DNA of 64,000 nt from Macrostomum lignano (Eukaryota): assembly GCA_002269645.1 (NCBI GenBank), contig NIVC01000012.1, positions 434,001-498,000 of the forward strand. Direction: 5' to 3'. Both the position numbers and the translations under genes were made by a program. Below the pieces are notes generated by a model, which did no database searches, had not been told where the DNA came from, and saw only the letters and a program-made list of their open reading frames with translations. Every line of letters begins with the position of its first letter. Position 1 is the stretch's first letter. This document shows positions 47,716-61,289 of the stretch, piece by piece.

Positions 47716-50700
47716 CTGAGTGTGTGTGTACAGCGAATTGGTATGATTAGTGCTAGGCTATATACCCCCAAACAATTATATATTTGGTTGTCAAATAGGG
47801 ATAAAACTAGTTTCATCTATATGAGTGAAACAAATATTGAAATCAGTTAACTATTTATTAGGGCATTTAAGGCTTTAAGAGGTCTACACATAGTAGAATA
47901 AATTACCTATAATAATGAATTTGCATTATAATTATAGCTACAAGTCTAATATAAGTTCTAACCTTATATTTATAAGTTAGGCCTAATAAATAGGCCCTTG
48001 ATTTACTCTTTATAGACAGGGCATTATATCCTACTATTCCTGCTATTTAATCACTAATTAGACCATAAGGTGCCTATTTTAGTAGGATTTTTTGGTCACT
48101 TCATCTATTAAAGAAATTATAAATATGAAGTGATATATATTCATTAGGCCTAGTGTTGTGATTAGATTAGTCATTTTAAGTTCTAAAAGTTTATCTAAGA
48201 TTATAGGAAAAGGAAAGACAGGGATGGGAGAAGAATAGTAGATGGCCAAACAAATATGAGTATAAATTATAAGCCAAATAAACATGCTTTCAAAAGTCTA
48301 ATTCATGCATTATTTCTTATTTCAGATGGTCATTCAATTTGAACAATGCAAATTCCTATTAGTGTTCTTCATAAGTGACAAAACAATTGAAATTGTATCA
48401 AGAGACACATGCATTGATTGTAATGAAACAAAATACAAAAACCTAAAGGAGAATTTATATCGGAAGACAATTGTGATGGCTACTTCTGATGGAGTCTAAC
48501 AGTCTGAAATCATTTTCCAGTGTGGAAATGACTCATTAAATCTCTTTAATCATTCATTAGACTTGTTGGGATCATCTAGCACAGCATAAGGCATATAAAA
48601 AGTGGCCAATCAAATGCATGCTACATGAAATTGAATGTTTCAAAAGATTTCTTAATCCAAATAAGTATTTTTGACACTAGCCTTTAGATCATTTCATCAT
48701 TGATTGTGCTGAAACTGATAGTGATCACAAAGTTTGCATGAGCCAGGCTTTAAAATTGTTACACCTGGAATGCTAGTCAACACTTGCTCTAGATCCTGAG
48801 CTAGAATGTCCTTTGCTATTTTTACCATGCATATCAGTTTTGCTGGAAGTACCCAATTCTGTTTCTCAAGGTGAATATAGCTTACTACAATCCACATTAT
48901 CTGGCTATCCAAAAATGTCTAATTGTGCTTTGTGCAATTCATGTCTCATGCTATTGTCATCTAGAAGCCATTTGCAAGAATTGACAAATAGTCCAACTAT
49001 ACTATCTAGTCCATCAATGCCAGAATTCTTATTCAATCTTGGCAGTTTGTATAAGATAGCTAGGCAATATAGAGTTTAGCCAAATGAAAATGATCTAGCA
49101 ACATTTCTTTTTGCAATTACATTAACTAAAATTTCAAAGGTTTTTGAAAATGGTAAAGTTTTGTTTCATTAATTTTTTATTACTATCAACAGATTGAAAT
49201 GCAAGTGATCTTTCAAATTTGTATTTTTTCAAATTTGTTGAATATTTATTTATGTTTTTTTATCATTAGACATTTGTTTATTTGTGTTTATATGTGTTTT
49301 TATGTGTTGTGTTTATTTAAAACACTAAAGAGCATACATATAGGAATGAAAATTTTTATAGGCTACATAGAACAAACATGATGGTATTCTATACAGTTCA
49401 TAGAAAATTTACATAAATAAAAAAAATTACTAATGTTTTTGATAAAGCTGTTATCCTTCACATATTTATACTATATTTGCAAAAGAATTGTTAAACTATA
49501 TACTTACAGCTTTATGCTATGTAAATTCTTTAATTAAATTTTTCAAAAAATACTCAATTTTTCATAACTTATATATGATTTCTCGTGTTTGTACAAACTA
49601 TAATGGCATGATGTAGCCTCTTCTAGAGATGGGAAAATATTGAAAATACTCAGAATCAAATTGAATTGACTAAATATTTGGTTCAAATCAAAATCAGAAA
49701 GTTGACAATCTAAATACCAAATAATTGCTTTGATGTAGAACAAATATTTAGAACAAGTTAAGAGTAAATATTGATATTGTGGCTTATAAATGAAGGGAAG
49801 GAATTAGGGATAATTGTGCTCTGAGGAAAGGCAAAGGGATTAAAGGAGTAACAATTGAGTATGTTGTATAAAGATTTGAGAAGGCTTTAGAATTAGAAGA
49901 CTAAGAGTTTGAGTTTGGAGAGTCAAAAGTGCTAGGGGTTGTAAGCATAAATAAAGGGAGAGAATTAAGGATGAGATAACACATGGCATATCTTGAAGAA
50001 AGGTGCTTCAGAGGTGCTTGAGCCATTGTCTGCAAGTTGTGCTCATGCTTTAGGAGAAGTGAAACATTAGGATTTGAGTTTATAGAACATGGTTTTGGGG
50101 ATGCTGATTCCTACAAAATAAAGATAGCCTATTGGTCAAGGGCTACTAAAGGGATATTATTCACTGAAGTATTCATATTCAGTATTTGAATTGGTTCTGT
50201 TAAATATTTGAATTAAATTGGTTTAAAATTTCCATTTTGTCCTATTTTTAGCTTTTTTTAGGTCTAGAATAAGTGTATATGTGCCATATAATACATGTTA
50301 TATATCAAAATTTAAATATAATTTAAATGTGCCATAAGGTTTTCTTTTAAATTGTATATCAAAAGTGTATGCCAGCTATTACAAATATTCACTAGAAGTT
50401 TTTGGCACAAATGACATAATCCTAAATTTGGCATATATGTAATAATCTCTTGGTGGAATTGCTAAAATATATGAAAAAATAAATCTTACCAAAATAACTA
50501 CCAACTAATATTATCAAATGCATCCTGTCACTAAAATGACCTATTCACTGAATCTTCTAAAATAAGACCTTAGATGCAATTTTATACCTTAGTTAGTGCT
50601 AGCAAAAAAAACTAATACTTGTTACTTATGTGGTAGTGGGTACCACCATGGCTTGATTTGCAATTGATTTTTATTGACAATACTTAATCTGGACTTTGAA

Positions 50701-51425
50701 ATGATGCCAACCCCTTTTCTGGCCCCATTTGCCCATCCCCTGGTGCATGTCGTGACATTTTTAGCCCTTTTTCTGTCCCTCTCGCCCTATTTTCTGGTGT
50801 TGTGTGCCCAATTTATGATTTAATTTGTTTTTCTATATAAGTTCTGCGGCATCCTTTTGTTAATGTTTTCTGGACTTTTGTGTTTTCGCCTTTCCCCATT
50901 TTCTAGGCTGCGTCAACCTTTTTGTGTCCCTCCTTTGGGTATTTATTTCCTGCCCCCTTTGCGCCTGTCCCATCCCCATCTCCGTTCTTCCTATTCGCCC
51001 CTTTTTAACTCCTAGTTGCCCTCCTCGTCTTTCAGGTTTCCTTTCTAGCTTAATATCGTTCATCTTACTCAATTTATTGCTTGACTGAAACTTAACTTTA
51101 GTTCTATTTTAAGTGAAAGCCTGCACCGCGGCACCCCCAAATTATTCATCGTCTATTGCAGCTTGTGCAATTAATAATACTTTGACTAAGCTCTGTTTTA
51201 TTGACTAATAAACAAGCAACAGTTACAACAATTTATCTTTGTTTCTGGATTAAAGCCATAGCTTATCTTGAGTCATTTGCCTGTAGGGCATAAAATAACC
51301 CAGTCTCATCTCGAAGCAAGCTCTAAGACTTCAAATTTCTGTAATACGCAAATTACAGTGGTGGCAGTGCTACTCTACTGATAGTAACACAATGAGCATA
51401 CAAGGTACATTGAATCTATGGTTTC

Positions 51426-53078
51426 TAAGGATCCGCATCTGAACGCTCGCGCCAATTGAAGACCACTCGCCTATAACTAAACTACCCTCCCCCCGGGATT
51501 GAGGACCCTGGCAGATGGAGTAACTTCGAGATATTTCTATCGGGATTCGTCCACACAAATTTTCCAGATTTTAATTCGTACGAACTAACAACGGCGCCAA
51601 TTCAAAGGCCTGAGCCACTCAAACTCAACATTAAATCAAGAGAACACCGGACAATCCCACTGAAGACCAAATTGAGATCACCCCCACCTCACTTGTCATA
51701 GTTCAGAACATTGTATGTATCCTAGAAAAAATGACCAATTTTTTTATATACACTAATATATATACCAAATACATACCTTACATATAGCTTCAAGTTGTCA
51801 ATTTTGAAACATTACTACTAGGCTACTAAGACTAGTGATTTTGATATTTAATTTTAATTAGATGAAGTTAAAAACCAAAAATATTTTTTATTATATTAGT
51901 ATAACATAATTTTATATATAAATATATATACTAAATTTTTTGAGTATATTGTAGAAATTTCCAATTTGAATTTACATGCCTATTCTTGCTTATGGGTTAT
52001 TTATTACCTGTGTATCTCCTTTTTATTTAGTAAACAATTGTAAAAAAATAAATAAATTAGATATCAATGATTTTACTAGCATTAAAATTGTTATATTTTT
52101 TAGTAAAGCCTAATAACTATAATTACTTTTCATTTTTTTAAAGCAAAACAGACTAAGTTAGTATTTTTTATTAAAGAATAAAGGCCAACAAATTCTTAAA
52201 TAAGGACTTGAATGCTTCCAAATTAATTAATATTTTAAACTTAAAGCATACTTATTTATAATCATCTATAATATTATAATTTGCCAAAGAGCTAAAAGGT
52301 TAAAAATTTGAACAACAATAACTAAGTACTTACACAAAGTAGAAATACAATCCAGTAAAAACAATTAAAACAGACCAAGCTATTATAGCTGGCACAACTT
52401 TTGTTGAGCATTTTTTGCATCTGTTGCACATTTTTGGTTATTGCAATGTAAATGCAGTATGTAGTATTGTTTAATTCTTTTTAAAAATCAAAATCTTAAA
52501 AGAGCATCACCTTGACTTGAATGATGAGATTGATGTATGCTTAAGAAGCTAAAAAATACAGATGCGCACAGATGCGCAATATGCATGTACAAGCATCACA
52601 GGCTAGACCTAACTTTGTTTTCAACTGAAACCCATTAGGCCTATATACTACTAATACTAAAATTGCTTTAAGTCATAGAGACGATACACTTCCAGTACAG
52701 CAGCCGAAGCATAAGCTCATAAATAAACAAGCCTAACCAACACGCAACGTAGCTCAATATCAATTAGCTCGTTCCGTTCAAATATCAAGATATTTTACAG
52801 GCTACAGCCTCAACTAACAGCCTCAAATTTATGGATCAGTGTAGTGTTGATTAGGGGTTTTGATGAGAGGTTGCATTACACTGTATAAGTTTTTACCGTG
52901 GATTACACAACAAATGCAATGGGAATGACAAAACACTTTAATATAAGTTTAAATTCACCTAATTAATTAATTAATCTCTGCAGGTGCATGCACACTGTGT
53001 GGTTTGTTTCAAAAACAAACTTTTTTTAAAAAAGTTTCTTTGAAAACCTTTGCAAATATTAACAAATTATAAGTTTAA
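51426..53078 (+). repeat. 1653-bp direct repeat, left copy
   Basis: taaggatccgcatctg...aacaaattataagtttaa; offset 3733 to the right copy. Confidence 0.93.
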
Positions 53079-53100
53079 GTTCAAATTATAAGTTATAAGT

Positions 53101-55161
53101 TTTGACAATGTCCTCTTCCGCTCCTTCAGAAATTCTCTTTCCCGCAGGAATGTAAGACACAGCATTGTTCGCTGGATTTATTTTATGATCCGCAAAAGGT
53201 TTGTGACATCCACACTTATGGGCGTTACCCTCACCCGGGCGGTGATGAAAGGCGGCCCGCAAGGTGGCGTGCTAACTCCACTTCTCTGGAATCTCGTCAT
53301 GGACGAACTTCTAACCGCTGACATTCCCAGCAGTATCACCAGGGCTGGCTACGCCGATGACGTTGCCGCGGTCGTCAGCGGACCCGACCCCGCCACTCTG
53401 CGCAACCTGATGCAGCAATTCGCCGACAAGGCGGCCGACTGGGCTACACAGCATGGCCTAAAAATCAGCGTCACTAAGACTGTCGCTGTCGTTTTCACCA
53501 AGCGCCGTAAGTGGGAGATGAAAAACCTCACTGTCTATGGCAGAAACATCCCTTCAAGAAGGAGGTCAAATACCTCGGTGTGACGCTAACGCATGACCTG
53601 CGCTGGACGAAGCACCTTGATAACGTCATCGGTCGGGCAAAACGCTGCTTTGCCCAGCTGCGCAGAGCCATCGGGCCGACTTGGGGCCTCTCGCCTAGAA
53701 CGGTCCGTTGGATTTATACCGGCATCATCCGGCCCAGTATCACATACGCGAGTCTCATCTGGACTAGCGTGCTGGAGCAGAAGGCCGCCCGTCAGCGGCT
53801 GTACCAGCTTCAGGGCAGCATTTGCCGTGCCATCACAGGTGCGTACCCGTCCACCCCTTACGAGGGGCTGAACACTATCCTTAACCTACCTCCGCTTCAC
53901 CTATTTATTAGGGCGGAGGCTATGAAGTCTGCCTCCCGGCTTATCAGAGATAAAACGTTGAATAACGCGCCCTCTGGCTTTATGCCAATGAAAACATTAA
54001 TCCCGCATATGGACTTTGTCCGCCGCGACCTTAACAACATCCACATGGACCTGGGCAATGTGGATAGTCGACCTCCCGCCCTCAACATCAGGAGGGGCTT
54101 CAAGACCGCCATCCCTGGCCGAGACAACATTCCGCTGGATGTCGGTGTGAACCGGCGCAGCCAGGGCATTCACTGCTTCACCGACGGCTCGCTGTTCAAC
54201 GGCCGCGCTGGAGCGGGTATTGCCATTTTCCACGAGGGTAAGATGCTTCTCCAGGAAAGTCTGCACCTCGGTGAGAACACCTCAGTTTTCCAAGCTGAAA
54301 TTTGCGCCATCGAGCAGTGTGCCCAGCAACTGTTTCAGGCGAACATTAATAATTTTGACATTAATTTCTACACTGATAGCCAAGCTGCTATTAAGGCCTT
54401 AACCACTGAGAATATCTCCGCTGCTACAGTATCTCAATGCCACCGCAGTGTGCAATCTCTCTCAGTCCTTAACAGGATTAGAATTATCTGGACACCTGGT
54501 CACAGCAACATCCTGGGCAACGAGCTCGCGGACTCTCTCGCCAAGGAGGGCAGCAACCCAGACGGCAACCACCGTCTGATGAGGCTACCCACCCCCAGGT
54601 CGCAAGTCACCCGCCATATCAACAGGTGGCTCCATCAGCAGCACCAGCTCCACTGGAACAGCTGCACCGAGTACAGGCAGAGCCGCTCTGCCATGCCTAA
54701 CCTGAACAGGAAAGTCTCTGATTATCTGATTTCGCTTAACAGAACTGACCTCAGGGAGATGTGCATGGTCCTAACCGGCCACGGATTCTTCCAGAGACAT
54801 ATATCGTTGCAAACCGGTTGCCCTCCCACCTGCCCCTTCTGTGGCATAGGAGAGGAGACCGCGGAGCATCACGTCACCTTCTGCCCTTACTTCAACAAGG
54901 CGCGGCACAAATACCTCGGCCACCCCAGCGGATGGACGAGCTGACCACCGCGGACAATATCCGAGACCTCCGCGCCTTCGTCCGGGACTCCGGCCGGATG
55001 AGGGTCGCCGATGCCTCCACTGCGGACCTGCCGACTACTGGCGGGGACTGGGCGCACCCCCAAGGCTAATCCTTGTGCTCTTTTACCTTGGGGTTGCGAT
55101 AGGGGCCTCGCGGCCTATTCGCGGCGCCTGCGCCCCCCGTCAGTAGTAAGTAAGTAAGTAA
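53101..55161 (+). mobile_element. 5'-truncated non-LTR retrotransposon (RT-RNase H-CCHC; R1/LOA/I-like) with (TAAG)n tail
   Basis: FDNV..GPQGGVLTPLLWN..YADD..KYLGV, then RNase H ([32 protein letters not shown]) and CPFC..ETAEHH..C; 1-nt frameshifts in C-runs at ~53551 and ~54922. Confidence 0.93.
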
Positions 55162-56811
55162 GGATCCGCATCTGAACGCTCGCGCCAATTGAAGACCACT
55201 CGCCTATAACTAAACTACCCTCCCCCCGGGATTGAGGACCCTGGCAGATGGAGTAACTTCGAGACATTTCTATCGGGATTCGTCCACACAAATTTTCCAG
55301 ATTTTAATTCGTACGAACTAACAACGGCGCCAATTCAAAGGCCTGAGCCACTCAAACTCAACATTAAATCAAGAGAACACCGGACAATCCCACTGAAGAC
55401 CAAATTGAGATCACCCCCACCTCACTTGTCATAGTTCAGAACATTGTATGTATCCTAGAAAAAATGACCAATTTTTTTATATACACTAATATATATACCA
55501 AATACATACCTTACATATAGCTTCAAGTTGTCAATTTTGAAACATTACTACTAGGCTACTAAGACTAGTGATTTTGATATTTAATTTTAATTAGATGAAG
55601 TTAAAAACCAAAAATATTTTTTATTATATTAGTATAACATAATTTTATATATAAATATATATACTAAATTTTTTGAGTATATTGTAGAAATTTCCAATTT
55701 GAATTTACATGCCTATTCTTGCTTATGGGTTATTTATTACCTGTGTATCTCCTTTTTATTTAGTAAACAATTGTAAAAAAATAAATAAATTAGATATCAA
55801 TGATTTTACTAGCATTAAAATTGTTATATTTTTTAGTAAAGCCTAATAACTATAATTACTTTTCATTTTTTTAAAGCAAAACAGACTAAGTTAGTATTTT
55901 TTATTAAAGAATAAAGGCCAACAAATTCTTAAATAAGGACTTGAATGCTTCCAAATTAATTAATATTTTAAACTTAAAGCATACTTATTTATAATCATCT
56001 ATAATATTATAATTTGCCAAAGAGCTAAAAGGTTAAAAATTTGAACAACAATAACTAAGTACTTACACAAAGTAGAAATACAATCCAGTAAAAACAATTA
56101 AAACAGACCAAGCTATTATAGCTGGCACAACTTTTGTTGAGCATTTTTTGCATCTGTTGCACATTTTTGGTTATTGCAATGTAAATGCAGTATGTAGTAT
56201 TGTTTAATTCTTTTTAAAAATCAAAATCTTAAAAGAGCATCACCTTGACTTGAATGATGAGATTGATGTATGCTTAAGAAGCTAAAAAATACAGATGCGC
56301 ACAGATGCGCAATATGCATGTACAAGCATCACAGGCTAGACCTAACTTTGTTTTCAACTGAAACCCATTAGGCCTATATACTACTAATACTAAAATTGCT
56401 TTAAGTCATAGAGACGATACACTTCCAGTACAGCAGCCGAAGCATAAGCTCATAAATAAACAAGCCTAACCAACACGCAACGTAGCTCAATATCAATTAG
56501 CTCGTTCCGTTCAAATATCAAGATATTTTACAGGCTACAGCCTCAACTAACAGCCTCAAATTTATGGATCAGTGTAGTGTTGATTAGGGGTTTTGATGAG
56601 AGGTTGCATTACACTGTATAAGTTTTTACCGTGGATTACACAACAAATGCAATGGGAATGACAAAACACTTTAATATAAGTTTAAATTCACCTAATTAAT
56701 TAATTAATCTCTGCAGGTGCATGCACACTGTGTGGTTTGTTTCAAAAACAAACTTTTTTTAAAAAAGTTTCTTTGAAAACCTTTGCAAATATTAACAAAT
56801 TATAAGTTTAA
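55159..56811 (+). repeat. 1653-bp direct repeat, right copy
   Basis: Matches the left copy; only one substitution noticed by eye (T51532 vs C55265). Confidence 0.93.
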
Positions 56812-57049
56812 ACCGTGTTAAATAAAACTCGTATAACTCATAAATAACAACCTGAATTGTTTTTTTTTATTAAAATACATTATTTACTAAAGAAAAAAAA
56901 CAAAACTAACCACAGAAAGGCGAAAATGTGAAAAACAGAGCCTGAAGATGTATGTGTAATTGTTGTGACTGCGTTGTTAGTTAACGTTTAAAGCAGTATA
57001 CGTATGAGTCATTTAGGCGATGAATCCACGATACATCCACGTTACGTAC

Positions 57050-58110
57050 TTGACTTTAGCTGCAGGGGGCATCGTCCGGCGGATGCAGCGATCAGGAGGC
57101 AGAGGAGATCGACGCCCCCCGATCATGGTGACCAACGACTTCCGTCGAATTGATGTCGCTCAGGGGGACCCGTCGGTCCCGCCTGCAGTGCGGTCCTCCT
57201 CACCGGCGGTGGAGAAGAACTCAGCTCGTCCCCGTGTCCCTGAAGTACCGGGACAGCAGCGGTATATGCTCTCGGGCCTGCAAACGTCGGAGAAAACCGG
57301 CTTTTGCCCGAGGTGAGTGAGCCTGGCCCTGGTCAAAACCAGACAGTAGATAAAGTGCTCAGCGTTTTCACTGCCTGAGCTGCAGATGGGGCACCACTCC
57401 TCTGCATCAGGTACCTGGCACTGGAGGAAGCGGTGGCGAGATTAAAGCTATTGACCGGAGAGGCCCATGGATGCTATAGTTGCTCTTAGGTCTCTCGGTT
57501 CAGCCTGAGGACGACTCCGCGCAGGAGGGGGGAGGGACAGGGGACGGTAGCACTGGATTGCCTGCAATTCTGAGCGTCGTGCCACCTGCGGAGATGCTCG
57601 GAATCAGCCCGCAGCGCTTAACGCGGGAGTTCATCACCGCGAGGCAGGGAGGAGGCCGGCCCCAGCAGCGCACCGGCGGAGCCAGCCTTGGCCAGCAGGT
57701 CAGCGCGCTCGTTGGTGAGGAAAACAGCGTGGACCGGGATCCATTTGAGCTCCACCTGATTGTCTTGCGCAAGCCGGTTGAGCTAGGCGTTGCAGTCCAG
57801 GACAGATCTGGAGCTGGTGGTGCTGCGGCAGAGGGCTTCAGGCTGCCTGGCTGTCAGCAGAGTGAAAAATCAATTCCAGCCGCTAAGCTGCCTTCGGCGC
57901 AGTTCTGCCGCGCAGGAGCTGATGGCAAGCACCTCGATCTGGAAAACACTGGAGTTGAGTCCAGTGTACTGGGAGTAGCTCCACACCGCTTCTGCCTTGA
58001 AGAAGACTGCACGCTCCGAAGCCTGAAATACCATACATGGATGCCTCATTGAGCCGTCAGTGTAACAGTGGACTTCGGAGTCGCTTCAGCTGTCACTCGC
58101 CTCTCGGGTC
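57050..58110 (-). mobile_element. Degenerate non-LTR retrotransposon 3' fragment (RNase H + CCHC), related to 53101-55161
   Basis: GLNSSVFQIEVLAI..DSQAA..LNRLAQDNQVELKWIPVHA..NERADLLAKAG and CPICSSGSENAEHF, with stops and frameshifts. Confidence 0.8.
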
Positions 58111-59503
58111 GAGGCTGAATGGTGACCTTGTACCAATAAAGCCTACATCACATTGTACCACCAACGTTTAGCCGACTTCAGATTGCTGTACGGGTACACA
58201 TGAAATGTGCAATGTAATTTGTTTAAATGTTGTCAAAGGAATTCAATGTAAAAACTAACTTATTATAAAATGCATTGCCGGGTACTATAGTCATGTATGC
58301 ATGGATCAAACATCAACAGCCATTTGCCTATTAGACAATTTTATTGGTGAAGATGGACAACGTATTTACTTTCAATATACTCAAACTCGTTTGGGTAAAC
58401 TCATTCTACCATAACTTAATCAATAAATTATAAAAAAGTGCATGCACGGATGCGATAGACAAGACTACTTTTATGCATTATACAGTTCTTGTTATTAAGT
58501 CAACAACAGTTTAAACAAAAGTTTTTGTTTGAAGTGCAGATTATAAAAAAATAAGTATGTACATCTAAATAATAATTAGTTACAGTCAAGTATGACTTGC
58601 AATGCAAAAATGAATGATACATGTCATTACAGAAACTATTGACATAATAATATTGACATATCGTCCAGAAAACAATTAGTGTAATATCTAAATTTTAATT
58701 AGTTCAATCTGTTATGCTAGACACCACATCTAAGTTTTAATAAAAGTGCAAACAATCTAATTGACGAATCGGTGCATTAAAACATTGATAAAAAAAATCG
58801 ACAATTTGTTATAAATCACGCGTCTCGCGAAACTTTGAATTTAGACGATGATTCAGTCTAGCTGCTTGCGAGCGGCTCCGAGGACTGAAAAAGATAAAAG
58901 TTCATTTAAAAAAAATTAAAATATTTTTCATATTTCCAGCTATACTCCTACTACGCTCGTATACAACTCATACACAGTGCTATACAAGCATTTTATCATG
59001 CCTTGCACAAGAAATGGCTCTCTAGCACCAGAGAGCCATCACGAAGAGCGCCAGCACCAAGGGCGCCAGCACCAGGGGCGCCAGCACCAAGGGCGCCAGC
59101 ACCAGGGGCTGCTGAGTATAATAATTTTTATATCTGACTCACCTGATAGGCATACTGATAACCGGCTGCTGCAATCTGCTGCTGCTGTTGCTTCTGGGCA
59201 TCGTGAAAATTTGATTTCCACGCGTAGGAATGCGAGCTGCGAACCACTGGCACCGGAATGCCCGACTGGAACCTGCGAGAAGATATTCGCGGAGTTTGGA
59301 AACGATTTATTGAACTGTGAAGGGTAGAGTTCATATTCTGCACTGCTGCTGGCGCTTTTTAAAGACTTCTGGCTACCCTCCGTTACACTCTTCTACCCTT
59401 CGCTACCCTCCGCTACCATTTTCTACCTTCCACTACCCTTCGCTACTCTCTGGCAACTCTGTTAGATAATTAAAGCACAATGAAAAGCATAAAGCAAACT
59501 CCC

Positions 59504-60185
59504 TCACCCTCCGCTAACAAGCGAGTCATAAAACTGTCCAGCGCTCTCTTCCCGTCCGCTGGCATAAAATCCGGCGCTATAGCCGGCAGCGCCATCAAAA
59601 GCGCCGCCACTGGCGCCGCTGATTGGTCCGTCGACGCAGAAGCCAGGTGCGCTGGACGAGTAGCCGGTGAGGTCGTCGGTGCCGCCAGCTCCAGCGGCCG
59701 GGGCAGCGTACTGACCGGCAGTGGCCACCGCCGCAGCTGTGGCAGCCGCAGCCGCAGCAGCAGCCGCCGCAGCCGCAGCTCGAGATCTCAGCTGATCAGT
59801 GTGCTGATGAGGCTGCTGAGACTGCTGATACTGCAGATGAAGCTGCTGTTGATGCAGCTGATGTTGCTGATGATGCTGATAGTCGCCATAGCTAAACTGA
59901 TAGCCGTCCATGCCAATGCTTTCATTCAGCTGATGGAGCTGATAATATGATGAAGGATGCTGCTGCTGATGCTGGGGATGGTAGCCTATCGAGTAAGGAT
60001 TCTGTATATGATGATGATGATGATGAGGCTGCTGAACTTGCTGGCTGTAGATAGACGCTGACGGCAACTGAGCTTGAAGAGTGTGCTGGTGCTGTATCAA
60101 CTGCTGGTGCTGCTGTTGCATTGGTTCAGTGACGCAGCTGCTGTACGAGTAAGGGGTGAGTTTAGACAGTGCAGGTGACTGCAAG
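59504..60185 (-). CDS. ahr: AhR/spineless-like, C-terminal exon (Q/H/A-rich activation-type region)
   Basis: catag|C TTG CAG.. is phase-2 compatible with the upstream exon; 226-aa ORF rich in Q, H and A. Confidence 0.7.
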
Positions 60186-60259
60186 CTATGGCTTTGTAAG
60201 GAAACAGATATGGTCAGATACCAGACTGACGCTATAGTGATGACTGAGGCCTTTTAATA

Positions 60260-60930
60260 CATGTGCAGAATGGCTCTCACGAGACGTCAAACGGGTTATG
60301 AGCAGATCACACCCAGCAGAGTGGCTCTCACGAGACGTCAAACGGGTTATGAGCAGATCACACCCAGCAGAATGGCTCTCACGAGACGTCAAACGGGTTA
60401 TGAGCAGATCACACCCAGCAGAATGGCTCTCACGAGACGTCAAACGGGTTATGAGCAGATCACACCCAGCAGAATAGCTCTCACGAGACGTCAAACGGGT
60501 TATGAGCAGATCACACCCAGCAGAATGGCTCTCACGAGACGTCAAACGGGTTATGAGCAGATCACACCCAGCAGAATGGCTCTCACGAGACGTCAAACGG
60601 GTTATGAGCAGATCACACCCAGCAGAATGGCTCTCACGAGACGTCAAACGGGTTATGAGCAGATCACACCCAGCAGAATGGCTCTCACGAGACGTCAAAC
60701 GGGTTATGAGCAGATCACACCCAGCAGAATGGCTCTCACGAGACGTCAAACGGGTTATGAGCAGATCACACCCAGCAGAATGGCTCTCACGAGACGTCAA
60801 ACGGGTTATGAGCAGATCACACCCAGCAGAATGGCTCTCACGAGACGTCAAACGGGTTATGAGCAGATCACACCCAGCAGAATGGCTCTCATGAGACGTC
60901 TAACGGATGGTGAGCAGATCACACCAGAAT
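60260..60930. repeat. 51-bp minisatellite, ~13 units, AhR intron
   Basis: Period 51 (60301/60352). Confidence 0.95.
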
Positions 60931-60946
60931 GGTTAGGTATCCTCAC

Positions 60947-61243
60947 CTGGTTGCAGATTGCTGCTGCTGTGTCTGAGGCTGCCTCCTCTTTCTACTGGCT
61001 TGCAGGTATTCCCTAGTCTGAGAATGGCCCGTTCTCGTCTGACCAGCAGCTGTTGTCCTGCCAGTCCCAGCAGCTTGAGTAGCTTGAGCACTGTTACCGC
61101 GTGTTGCAATTATCGAAGCTGAAGAATTTTCGAATTTGCACTCGTCGAAAATGTCGCTGAGGCCGGATTCGGGCTCCAGCAGAGGAAACGGCAGCTTGTA
61201 CTCGGCATTGCGTCGGGTGAGAAGGTCCGCGCCTTCCTGGTCG
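60947..61243 (-). CDS. ahr: AhR-like exon after PAS-B
   Basis: (S)DQEGADLLTRRNAEYKLPF matches spineless DEEGHDLLGKR / AHR DEEGTEHLRKRNTKLPF; tcaacag / GTGAGG. Confidence 0.88.
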
Positions 61244-61289
61244 CTGTTGAATTATGCAGTTGCCATGGATTGTGATGATAATGGCTCAT

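Noticed and set aside
48300-49100. Possible decayed transposase (piggyBac-like)
   Set aside because: Only faint resemblance with many stops; not supportable by eye.
51426-56811. LTR retrotransposon interpretation of the 1653-bp repeats
   Set aside because: No TG..CA ends, PBS/PPT, gag or integrase; the interior is a non-LTR RT with a simple-repeat tail.
51370-56960. Candidates for the missing first ZDHHC exon (~51380-51440; ~56908-56945)
   Set aside because: Neither gives a start codon, a full TM1 and a phase-2 donor together.
59480-59950. Plus-strand 156-aa ORF and other antisense ORFs over real exons
   Set aside because: Antisense shadows of GC-rich or low-complexity coding sequence.
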